DNA of 64,000 nt from Raillietiella orientalis (Eukaryota): contig JAYWIR010000034.1 in assembly GCA_036172245.1 (NCBI GenBank), positions 434,001-498,000 of the forward strand, given 5' to 3'. This document shows positions 52,701 through 64,000 of the stretch, one piece after another. Each line of letters begins with the position of its first letter. The first letter of the stretch is position 1. Made by a program: the position numbers and the translations under genes. Under the pieces are notes generated by a model that did not search any database, was not told the DNA's origin, and saw only the letters and a list, made by a program, of their open reading frames with translations.

Positions 52701-54432
52701 GCCTCTTCATTCTCTAATTTCTGTTTCAACAGCCCGAGAGCCGACCCTGAGAGCTTCCACAGAAAAAACGCTCTGGAAATTTCTTCAGTGAGGAAAAAAG
52801 GTCAAATGGCAATGGATTCATTGTTTGCTTATTCCTCCAAAATTTCCACAATTTCCTTAGGATTAGAGAAAATTCCTGTTGCTTTTGGGATACGCTGATG
52901 TTGCAAGGGCCCAATCTTTCCAGTGCAACATGAAATTCTGAGGTTATTCTACAAATTACAGCTTCATTTAATTCGATGGTCTGAGGCTCGTAGTCCCGCC
53001 CTAACATGAGAGGAGAACCATAATGATGCAGCACTAGAAGAGAAACGATCCCAGAAAAAGCGAGAACTCACAGGACTCAAAAACATCCAAAAGAGGGACG
53101 CATCGCAAAAGAAGTGGAGAACAGACTTCGAAAATTAGTAAAAAAGGAAAACGATGTGATTCGAGAATCAGTAAGTTAAAATTTTAAGGACACGAACGTT
53201 GTCTGAAGATGGCATGGAGAATCCTGAGCTGGGCAGCGCAATCATGAGACGATAGGGAGTTGGCGGTAGAAGAATCATAGCAGCCACATCTCTAATCACA
53301 TGAAAATGCTTGCTACAGGGAAAAAGTCATTTAAAAAAAAGGAAAAAGCTAGAAGGAAAACAGCGAAGACAGAAAAAGTTATTTAAGTTGGAAGAGGGTT
53401 CAGGACCTATTTGTATACCTGGACGAACTAGATCGTTTAACCCACAAATGCCACGTGATCGAAGCTTCCTGAGTCAAGAAATTTCGCCAAAATTCTTAGG
53501 CGAAGAGATAGGAGTCATCTTTCTTTTGCTCGCTGCGGTAAAAATACCACAGTGTGCAAAAGCATCCGCTTTCAAACGAAACTCTTCAAAGGAACTTCTC
53601 ATAAACCAGACAGGAAGACTGAGGGCCGAGGGATAGTTTATCGCTTCCCAAAAAAGAATTAGCAGCTTTAAATTACTCCTGATGATGATCCTTCTTAGAA
53701 CAGATACACATGGTAAACAATCATCCCTTTTCACTTGTGATTTTTTCTTCATCATTATCTTCTCTCACAAGCAGAAGTTTAAGATGCAAGTGCCGACCGG
53801 AAAGATGGAAGGCATAGAAAAATGAAGAAATTGAATGGAAAACACTCTGAATCCAGCATGCAATTCTTCTGATGATTCATTGAACAATTATCATCTTAGA
53901 AGTGGATGGCTACGCGGAATACAAAAAACAGGAATCCGTAAAGAGCTTTCAAAAAAAAGGAAAATCCAAGCCGAAATTCTTATTAAGCTGGTTCACTTAT
54001 GATCACTGTGAAGAAATTCTGCATCTTTCAGGTCTCCTGTTGTTTCATCTAATTGTGCTTCATCATAATTCTGGTTTTTTATGTATTGTGCACCTTCCAC
54101 CAGCATAATTTGCCTTATGAGACTGCACATGCATGTGTGACACAAAGATGCAATATTCACTGATACTCTGGGTACTTGTGTGCAATGTACTGTGAAAGAT
54201 GCAACAGTGAATGTGCCTTTTGGATTTATTTTAATTTGTATAATGTTAGATGGCTCAGGAGCTGAGATGAAATTCAACAGGCACTATTCAGGATGCGTAA
54301 GATACGCAGAGAAATCTAGGAGAGGAAGTTTCCACGGAGTCACAAGATCCGCTGTCTGCTCCTCTTTGCATTTTGCTAAAGAGCGGGTTGATGATAGACT
54401 CTCAGAAGTGGTGCTCTCCAGTTTGGCGAGGG

Positions 54433-54720
54433 TCACGTTTTCACAATCGAAGGGGAATCACGAAGGGAACGGGCTCCTTGATTCCTGGAAAAACCCTGGA
54501 GGGTCAACTTCCAATCCCCACCGGTCAACGGTGACATCCGTGGGTTTTCGGCTTCCATCATTGCCACACCCGAGGTCTATAAGACCATCCAGAGTCATCC
54601 TACGGGGAGGATTCGAAATTTACGGCGCAACCCATTTCTCGGCTTCGATCCTCCACATGGAGATTCGAGCCCGCAACGCTTGGTACCACGTGCGGACAAC
54701 GCCGCCACGCAGCCTCCAAA
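54433..54720 (-). mobile_element. tRNA-headed SINE-like repeat, family A copy 3
   Basis: Minus strand: degenerate B-box GGGCTCGAATCTCC, followed by CCCCGTAGGATGAC, CCGTTGAC, GGGATTGGAAGTTGA, CCAGGAATCAAGGAGC and TTGTGAAAA as in the other copies. Confidence 0.72.
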
Positions 54721-56544
54721 GTAGGCTTTGTTCGGAGGATTCGCTGACACGGTTGGATCCTGCGGCCTTGCGTCCTGAGCCACTATGGAGAGACTGCTTG
54801 GCTGGATTCTTACGAAGCCAATGATGAGAGCAGCAGCATCTGATCTTGAAAGGTCATGAATAATGTTTGCAAGGAACTCTTTCCATACTCCCGGTGTAGG
54901 GGGAAACTGCCTAGCTCTCGATTCGGAAAACATACGGCCGTTGACGTCACTTCCGGGATAATGGAACATGACGTCAAGTGCTGCTTCATTGTGATTCAGT
55001 AACTTCTAAAATTCATCGTTTATATTCTAGGCAAAGATGCATGGATATTTCAGTGCTCCTCCTCGAACTTCAGCTCCACAAGAGAGGAAGGTATGGCAGA
55101 AGGAAAACGGGAACCTTTCTAGGGGAAGAAGCGGAGATTTCCTTACTATTCCCTAAAAACGCATTCTCAGTAGCGAGAACGTAGTTCATTGAAAACATCA
55201 TAACCTTTCAACGGACGATTCTGTCTTCCAACAGAGAAGTGAACCCTCTACAAAGGCGCTCCTGTTCCTTTGTTTGTTTATTTGTTGGGAAGAAGTCCCC
55301 TATTTGCTCCTGGCTTGTCTCGCGAGCAAATCATCCTGTTATGCCTGTCCTCTGTTTTCCCGGTCTTCTTTTTCGGAAACAAATCATCTTGCTTTCCAGG
55401 CTACCTTCTCCATATGTGTACCCAGGAAGCAACCCGCATCTCCCGATGCATCCATTGCAGCTGCTGAATAAAAAGGAATGGTTATCTCGTAGCACACTTT
55501 TGCTTTTCCTTTGTTGGATTTCCGTAGGAGGAATCTTCTCATTTCAGTGTGCGAGATGTGAGTTCATGAGATGAGAAGGCAAGCAACCGGAGCAGCAGGA
55601 TGCACGGGTCATAACGTGAGAACCAATACCTACTAGCAGGGATCGTGGGATCCTCGGATCTAGGGAAGCCCACCAAAGGTTGTAATGGCTCCGCACTCTT
55701 CTCATCATCGGTGATAATCATCCGTTCCCCTTGGTTCTTCCAAAATCTCAAATGTTTCCCAGATCATGAGATCTCGTTCCGAGGATAGCTCCACTTGCCT
55801 CTGCGGCGACCGAGTTTCTGTTTCCCGTTTTGAGGATCTGGAAAAAAAATCACAGACAGTGCAGGTTGCCAAATCACGGATGAACTCTGCCAGTGCAGAT
55901 GAGATGAATAGCTCTTCAGGAGTTCAAAAAGAATATAGGATTCCGTGCATCCTCAGTGATTATGAGGCTAGAAGCAAAATCTGATCTACTGGTAATGCTG
56001 CTATGTTGATTTAGTGATGGAGCCAGGATATTTCGATGACGTAAAGCATGCTGGAAAAAAAAAAAAAAGGGGAAAGCGTACGTTCGTTAGCTGCCAAGGA
56101 TTATGGGAAGATGTCATGATGTCATTTCTACAGAGTAAGGATTTTGCAATCCATCTGTGTCTAAGAGTGACGATGACTTCCTATCGTGAGAAACAGAGAG
56201 CATCGAGAGCTTTTTCGGATCATTCTGCATGTCGATGGTTCCTGTCATGCACACTTAAAGGAAAACTGCATTTGTTTCTCTTGCTACTCTTAGGACAACG
56301 GGATGTGGTACTGTGTAGCTGTGTACTTTAAAGAGATCTCTGCTTCAGAACACTGTTCCATAAAGCTTGTTTGAGTGGGAACCTTGCAATTGGTGGAAAA
56401 GCAGGGTTTCCAAGGAACGCTTGGCCTCGAAACCACGAACTACTTCGACAGAGTTTGATGTCCTGTTCCTACGAAAACATTTCCGATGCTCGGAAAAACC
56501 CGGAGGTTTCCTTTTGATTCAGAAATGTCTTTTCTCGAACACCC

Positions 56545-58289
56545 CGCTCCCTCGCACAAAAACACCCAGACCGGGGGAAGCTTCGCTCTCCCAGTCACTT
56601 CCTGTACTTGAGATTGACATGCGGTACTCTGGTTTCCTTTGTTTGTTGAATCATCCAAGGATCATTTTGCGATTCATTGCTGCTTGACGATTCCTGCTGA
56701 TGATTCCACGAACAAGATCTCGTGATCCATACATGTTCTTTCCTGTGAGACAGAGGATCTGAGCCCATTGACTTCTTGTCTCGATTTGTAGCAAGGTCCC
56801 ATGCTTCCGAATGCATATTTTCCTGTCCTTACTCATCCGTGAGAAACACTGTGACGGATCTCCACTCAAACAGTGCAGGAGAAACAGTTTCTCCTGCACT
56901 GTTTCAAGATAAGCATGGAGTCTGCCGATGAGATCGTCATCCAATAGCAGAACTCATTAAGACTTTCCTTCCACGTCGAGTTTTCCTGGGGCGACTCTCA
57001 ATCACATTTATTCCAGGAGTAATTACTTCTTGCTTTCCTTGATCGATGAGTGTTTACTTATCGATCAAGGAGTTCCATTCTAAACTTTTCTTCGTGATTC
57101 GCCTCCCATTTTTTTACCTGAGCCCGGACATTTTTTTTCTTGACTTGACCGCACTTTATGCGCCAGAAGGACCTAAATCATCATGGATCGGATGACGTAA
57201 CTGAGTGCAAGCGGCCATCTAACGAAGCTCTTGCACGCTGCTCCAGCAGGCAATTATATAACAAACAGCTCGTGAAAGCACAAGAAGGCCCAACGTCAGA
57301 CAAACAAAAAGTGCGAGATGATGAAATAGGGTGAGCACATAGGAATTCAAAAAGTGGTTGTCGACTGCTTGCTTGAGTCGTCCGCTTTCGAAAGTATGAG
57401 CAGGAGCAAACCCAACTGAAGGAATCTTATGGCTGCAAGGTGAGGAACGCGGCTCAGGACATTTCTTCGCCGAACGACTTTTGCTTAACGATTTCCATCA
57501 TGTGGCTGTTCCATCGGGAGCTTTTCGTTCAGCTGGGCAAGTTACCAACGTTCGATGTGGGATGGAAAAACAAATGAAGACAAGAAGGGGATTTTCCTCA
57601 GTCATGTCATTTTTCTATTTCTCATGATGGCTCCAGTTGCTGCTCAGGACCACTGGGTTCTTCCAGTCGGTACTCCCAGAAAAATTTCCGTGAGCTATGG
57701 GCATCGCTGCTTGCCATCTCCTTTTTCAAGATCTGTCTCGCCTCCGTAAGATTCCTTCAGAGCTATGGGAATTTCTGAGACCCATACACCAAAGGATCCT
57801 TATCACAGGGTCGCATACTGGGACAGCAACTCCTCTAGAGGCGAAGGTCTTAGTAGATGTTCTTGCCCTGCTTTTCCTGTCTCCTGTTAACGCCATTGAG
57901 ATGTTTTTGAGTGAACAAGTGACGTCGAATATACTAGTCGTTCTCCGCTCTGCAACGCCAGGATCAAGTCAGAGGCTGGAGATCCACCGGAGAAACCAAT
58001 TGGTCGGACGCCAGTGTTCTGCAGTCGTTCTTCTGAGCTCGGTCACATGCTCATCACTTCATGATCCCATTATTAGATTATGTAATGGTTTAGCATGTGC
58101 CAGAGACTCCTTTCAAGCTGCACATCTCTTGTGCATGAGTCGGCGCCTTTGATAGGGGTGTGGTTTGTAATGAAGTTGAACGTAATCAAACAAATTGGCT
58201 GCCAGAGTACCGCATGTAAATCTCCAGTAAAGGAAGTGACTAGAAGCGCGAAGCCTCCCCCGGTCTGGGTGTTTTTGTGCGAGGGAGCG
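56545..58289. mobile_element. Putative non-autonomous DNA transposon with terminal inverted repeats of about 100 bp
   Basis: 56545-56645 is the reverse complement of 58188-58289. The outermost 34 bp (CGCTCCCTCGCACAAAAACACCCAGACCGGGGGA) match perfectly. No recognisable transposase inside and no clear target-site duplication (only CC on each side). Confidence 0.65.
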
Positions 58290-61049
58290 CCAATTCTCCC
58301 AAAAAGTCCGTGGTCAACTGTTCATCCTGGAAGGAGGAAGTCCAGAATGTGTGCCTAACACGTGTCCCCGCTGCACTATACATTGACGCGCATCTGAGCC
58401 CTCCACTTCAGATTTTCTGCTCGAGTAGAAAGGATCAAGAGTTCTCTGATCACTTCGTCCTCGCTTGGGATCCAGACTTCCAGCGCCTTACCAATCAGTG
58501 TTCGCCAAAGACGCTATTCTTTTAGAGGCGAAGAGACGGTTCTTTGCACTCGCTCTTTTTCCTGTATCCAGTTTCTTCTCGGTCCCACTGCCAAGCTCTG
58601 CCATCGGTAGAATGCATCCAGTTCGATGAGTCGACTCGCTGCGGAACGCAAGACCCGGGTGAAGTTTCGAGTCGAATCTTGCATTGGATGGCTGGAGATC
58701 ACCAACTTCCATTTCTCCAGTAGCTCTTGGTGTTTCGAAAACATGCCATTAGGCAAAATTCTTGACGAACTACCATTCGAGTAACTACTGAAAGCATAAA
58801 AAAAAAAACATAAAAATTTAATATGAAATTATTCACGGGCTTTCCAGTCGACTAAGGACTGAATGATTTCTTGAAGGTCATTCTTGTTTTTGGATGGCTC
58901 GGATGGTAAACCTGCTCCTGAAGATTTCCGGTAAAAAAATATCTTGAAAGGAAACGAAAGAACTAACTGGAATAAGTGGAGCGTATCTCTTCCCATGGTA
59001 ACCGAGAATGAAGTCTATCTCTAAGGCAACCAAAGCACAACCAGCAAGGCAAAGAAGCGCGCAGCCACGTGGAGTGATAACTTCCCAGACCATGAAACCC
59101 AGTTGTTCTCTCGGTAGGTCTTCGGAATCATACTCTTGTGTGAACGTTCGGAAGGCGGGAAGATTGCTGGGGAAGGCGCGTAGGGAGTCAAGTAAGGATA
59201 CCGGTAACCTTCATATTATTTGGTTAAACTCCCTTGCTATCGATTTCTTCATCTTCATCAATCTTATTTGGAAGGGTCGGTTTTTTAAGCCATTCATTAT
59301 TGAAAAAGCAATCTGAAAACCTGGAATGCAGGGGAAACTGCAGCTCGCAAGATAAGAAACTGGAACTGCACAGGAGATACTCTGAGGAGTGGGAATAATT
59401 TTTTTTTCTTGAAAGATATTCCTTCAATGGAACTGCTTAGTTTCTCTAGAAGATAATCAAGAAGTGTTTTTCAAAAAAGAGTCTAGGTTTATCTTGTTAG
59501 CGAAAGTGACCTATGCCCAACGGATATGCAATTTTTGCTTTGTCAGTGAAGTCAAGCGGGAGCTGGAAAATAAGCAGGGATATCTGCCTCTCTTCCATGT
59601 CGAAAGCTGTCCGTTCGTTCGTTTGGGAACGAGTCCATGGCTCGCATTGTCTAATGAGATGTACCCCACAGAGAATTGAAAGTTTGGAGCAACCTAGGAA
59701 TACATGAAGATGTCTAGGATGCTTCCAGCATTTGTGATGTCACGAAAACTCCCTCTGAAGTGCCAGCAGATATCTGGCTCCAGGAAAGGACTTATGGTTT
59801 TACTCTTTCATCGTCTGGAATCCATTTCATTTTCCATGGAGAGAAGATGTCCTTTTTCCTGTTTTCGATGCTTGTGTCCAGGGATTCCAGGATTTTCAGC
59901 TGACTAAATAAAATGAGTTTATTTCTCGCCAGCTGTAGAAGGCTTCTTAGGCGACCAAGGAAAAAAATTCCCAAATAAGTAAAGGATGAGAGGTAGACGG
60001 ATTGTTTGTCATTCATGGAGACCAATCAAGAAAATTTTAACCTGCAAGCATAGGCAGGTAATGAAACTATGCATAACTCTCCCAATCAGGTCATGAAAAT
60101 GATGGAACTGATCCAAAGGGATACAAAGTCCCTTATGAGATCGTGATGTTGCAAATGGAGCCGGTGGAGCGAACGCTTAAGAAAATACCAGCCTGCTAGC
60201 ATAGCGCTCATCACTCTTGAAATGCTGCTCGTTTTTTTCCCGACTGGATGGAACGTGGTGTGTTTCGGCTGCAGTGGATCTTCGGAGAGCACAATCGGGA
60301 TCAGATAATAAAGAGCTGAGTCCATCATTTGCTAATGTAGTTGGATTGTCAATGTAACACTACTGACAATCACAGATCTCATTTTCCACTTGCCCACCCC
60401 GAATGGATCCCGACTCTGAAGGGATTTCCAATTCCAGTTTCTATGTTGTGAATTGGTTTCAAAGAGTACATATGAATGTAAGCTGAGAGCTAAGATAATC
60501 AAAGCCAGAATAGACATCACGATCTCCATAAGCTGATTTTTCTGGTGGAGATCTCAGAACTTTCCAGAATTTCTTGGTTGACCGAAACGTGAGGTGGTTA
60601 TCCATCTCGTTATGTGATTAGTAGTGGAATGGTATTCGAAGCGCCTAAAATTACGTTGAATTTGTGCTGAACCCAATCAGCGGCATTTTCTAAATCGCTT
60701 TTCCCCGCACTCAGCCTGGGAAAGAGAAGCTTTAGAAACTCTCGGCGCTTACCAAAGCATGAGGGTTTCTCAGCGTTTCTCGTACCCATTCTACTGGGAT
60801 GAAAAGTCTAACGGGGAATTCGTTCCTTTGCTGAATTCCGAAGCCAAGAGACTGTCAGCATAACTTCATCTTCGTCACCTAAGATCGCAGGTCCTAATCG
60901 TCTGCAAGGCGTGGCGGAGAATTCAATGCTTCCCTTCTGAATCTTTTCCGAAAGCAGCGGATGCATTTCGCCAGCTCTCCTAGAAAGTTTTTCTAAGACA
61001 AATTTGGAGTAGCTCATTTTCACTTAAAAGCACTGGGAGCGTTGGTTCA

Positions 61050-61250
61050 TGGAAGGGATTTCGGAAGTGTGTAGGGAGATCCCCAATCTGTAGCACCTGT
61101 TTGCACCATTCGCAGAATGCCAATCAAAGCATGGGCCAGTTGCATGTGAGATGTATCCAAATTCTTCAGTCGGTGAGACCCATCAAGCAAACAAACTGCA
61201 TCACGTCGTGAATTTGGATTGGGTCTGTTGTGAAAGCAGCTCCAAAAGGA
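61050..61250 (-). mobile_element. Possible decayed LINE APE-endonuclease fragment
   Basis: NPNSRR...LKNLDT followed by frameshifted WHSANGANR..QI resembles the RTE-clade endonuclease C-terminal motifs (NxNG..L...L...NT, TWxSPxG....QID). Confidence 0.25.
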
Positions 61251-61724
61251 AACTAGAGTTAAAATCACGAGAGTTCTATCCCTTTCTTAGCAAACAGATA
61301 CGGAAAAAGGAAACTGGATGCTGAGGAACGTAGTGGTACTTCTATGAGAATCCTGTCATAGCGAGTAGTCAATAATCAATGGAAGTTTCCCACACCGAAA
61401 AGGTTACGGAAAGCTGCATGGATGTACTTTTTCGAACACTTCAACTGCGAGGTCAGCTTGAGAAAAGGAAACCTCTAGAATGATCTGGATGAATTCCAAA
61501 ATGATAGTAGGAACATCTTGGCGAAAAACAAAAAAAAATGACATCATGGTGCTCCATTGTACGAAATTATATTTCCACATGGCATACATAAATCAAAGAT
61601 CATCCGAAACATCAATAGCTAAGAAGCTCTGATGAAAAGAAAGGATATCGAAGACTTTTGATTCTTTTCCTGAGCGTAGTCCATCGGTCTTTTGAGGAAC
61701 TCTGCTGGTTTCGCGATTCTTATT

Positions 61725-63655
61725 CTAAGCATACTCGGTGTCCGATGACCAATTGCCATTTTCACCTCCATGATATTGCCGATAGCTGTCTCCTTGAGAA
61801 TCGTAGCAGTGAGAGTATTTGATATTGGATGCCGGACATTTCTCACATCTTGAATAGTGTTCAGAAAAATCTTCGCTTTTCTTCATGGGAGGGAAATGCT
61901 TCCTCCGGATCCCGTTGAGGGAATGTTGATACATTGAGATCTGTCTTTCTAAACTCTGATTCTCTGTCAGAAGCGCTGCAATTTCTCTCCTGAAATCAAA
62001 AAATCGAGGGATAAAATGAAATGTCAAATTGCATCAAAGGGGAACAAGTGAATTCTTCTTTTTGGTTTCGATCAGTGGACGAGGCATATCGGAAATAGGT
62101 GGAGTCAAGAGATCAATAATTCAGGAAGCAGCGCCCGAGAAAGAGTTTCTCTTCTTGCGACTGTAACTGAAGTTTGTTGGGGATCTCCTCGAATTCTGTG
62201 GGGATAAGGAACGCTTAGGAAATGCTGAAGTTATTACGTGGATGGCGAAACGTTTTCGTTAAGATTCGAAGCGGCGCACAGTCGTGGGCAACTCTCGGAC
62301 TGCGCCTCAGATATCTGTAATTCGACAAGAAAGAAGGGGAATGGCATGTGCTATGCGATTCCGGAAACCTCATCTGAGCAAGGCATTAAGAATTGTCATT
62401 CAGTGGTGCAATCCTCCCATTAAATTGCCAAGGAAAGGTTTCTATCTTTAGTCGGCGTGCTCAGCAATATCCTGAACCAAAGAATGAGAAGTTTTTGTAT
62501 TTAGGCAATAACTTTTATAACGGTAGTGCGTTTCACTTCTATTTACTTAGCCGCATGCTAATCAGGACTGGAATGCATTTTTGAAGCTCCAGAGCATATT
62601 CTGTAATCCTAAGAGAGCTGCCTATATATATTTTGTGATTAGTACATGATATCATAACGAGGAATTAATCATGTTGAAAATGCTAATGCTCGAACAGTGC
62701 AAGTAGGAAACAAACCTTGTTTTCATGGGCACCCTTTTTCACGTGCTCTCCTACTATGTCTTTTTTTTTTTTTGTTTTACGAGAGAAAAAGGCGGAGGAT
62801 TTTCCTGAGAACACCAACTTCCTAAACTCGAGATCCGCATTCCTGTCATCCTAATGAGTAGCCCGACTGTGGCAAGTCCATGCAATGAGCGCATGCCGTT
62901 TTTCATTTGTCACTGTGGGTGAAGGTAACGTTATGCTGCTGATTTGGCACGAGCCTTCCAAGGATTCGACCCAGATCTCTAGCATGTCGCTGCCACAGAA
63001 ACATGTTTAGGGTTTCAAGTGGTAGACCCAAGCTCCTGAAACCACGTAAAGGGTGAAGGCGGTAACTTCTAATTTCTTGATGTCAGTCCAGAACAAACAC
63101 AAACTATCTAAATCGTTTATCTTAGAGGATCCTAAACCCTTTCGTTGCTTCCGAAAAATTAGGAGTCTCGTCGCCGTTGCGAGCAAAGTAAGAGCACAAT
63201 CATTCTTCTACGAATTCGAAGTCAAGGCTGTTTTGGAATCACAAGTAAAAGTCGCCTCCGGAGAAAAACTTTTAGCAGGTGATCTTGACTTGCATTTTCC
63301 GATTTAACATCCCAAGTACGCTGGGCTTTCTAATTCTTCCTTGACTAATTACACTTAAATAGAACGAAGACGCATCAAATGACTGTGCGATTACTCACTG
63401 ATTGCACAAATCCATGGCAGCTGGTTCCCCATGTGCGATGCACGCAGCAAATTTGTTTTCTAAGAATTCTGAACACTTCAGGACACAGATGCAGCTGTTC
63501 GCCGTCTCTTCCTGGTGGTGCTGTGTGGTTCTCCTGTTTCCGATGAAAGCTCTGAATGTGTGTAGTTTAGGTACAGACGAAAAGGCTTTCCTAATATAAC
63601 GGATGAATTTTCCCAACTTCTTGTCCGGAACCATCACAAAAAATCTCGCTCCCAT
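61725..63655 (-). CDS. Putative two-exon protein of unknown function (about 173 aa, short coiled-coil-like segment)
   Basis: Exon 63655-63399 (ATG to CA|GTGAGT donor) joins exon 61989-61725 (TTTTTTGATTTCAG|G acceptor) in phase, giving ...MDLCNQ REIAALLTENQSLERQISMYQHSL...DTEYA*. Total 522 nt. A TTTTAG lies about 9 nt upstream of the ATG, so the true 5' end may extend beyond. No family recognised. Confidence 0.45.
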
Positions 63656-64000
63656 TCTTAGGTACTAAAATCCTGTTTTATTATTTGAATGATTTTTTTT
63701 TTCTCCTCGTAATACTTCTTGAGACAATGCGACTTGCTTGGTATTTCAGTAGGGTCTGCAATCGAAATCCAGCATGTACCTCAAAAAGTTCCGGGTTCCT
63801 TGATTTTCAGAATGTTACACTTCAGGGTGCCATTTAGCTTCTATCTTTCAATTCACTTTATTTTATTTTGACTTCCAGAACGTTCGACATTATGTATTTC
63901 TTTTTTCGATTCGTCAGCTTTTCTTCATCACCTTTATCAAGGCTTCTTCTTTTCCTCATTTCACTATGGACCTATGCATATGATCCGTGCGTTGTAGCAA

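Noticed and set aside
62940..62990. Degenerate minus-strand B-box-like word (GGGTCGAATCC)
   Set aside because: No matching body to family A and no A-box seen.
1..64000. CRISPR arrays, rRNA, operons, telomeric arrays
   Set aside because: No regularly spaced repeats, rRNA signatures, dense intronless ORFs or telomere tracts were seen; the DNA is spliceosomal-intron-containing eukaryotic sequence.

Overview
This is eukaryotic (invertebrate metazoan) genomic DNA and is mostly non-coding. One gene is clearly recognisable: an intact 8-exon CYRI/FAM49 (Rac1-interactor) gene on the minus strand (47398..46121, 326 aa). Its seven introns are all only 37-48 nt, it has a triple-ATG uORF immediately upstream of the start codon, and its gene body is strongly CpG-depleted. 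A probable two-exon orphan gene lies at the right end (minus, 63655..61725). The rest comprises GC/CpG-rich regulatory-looking blocks (about 1-3900, 10400-11700, 37500-40300) and repeats. The repeats are three copies of a tRNA-headed SINE-like family (one interrupted by a 195-bp element with Helitron-type termini), a second dispersed repeat, two long inverted-repeat (foldback/TIR) structures (one containing a cluster of palindromes), and several very decayed LINE reverse-transcriptase/endonuclease relics. Most ORFs in the supplied track appear to be chance ORFs. No rRNA, intact tRNA, CRISPR array or prokaryotic feature was seen. I found no convincing new multi-gene system; the best leads are the mosaic CpG pattern, the tiny-intron architecture, the uORF and the nested or palindromic elements. 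All counts and alignments were done by eye.
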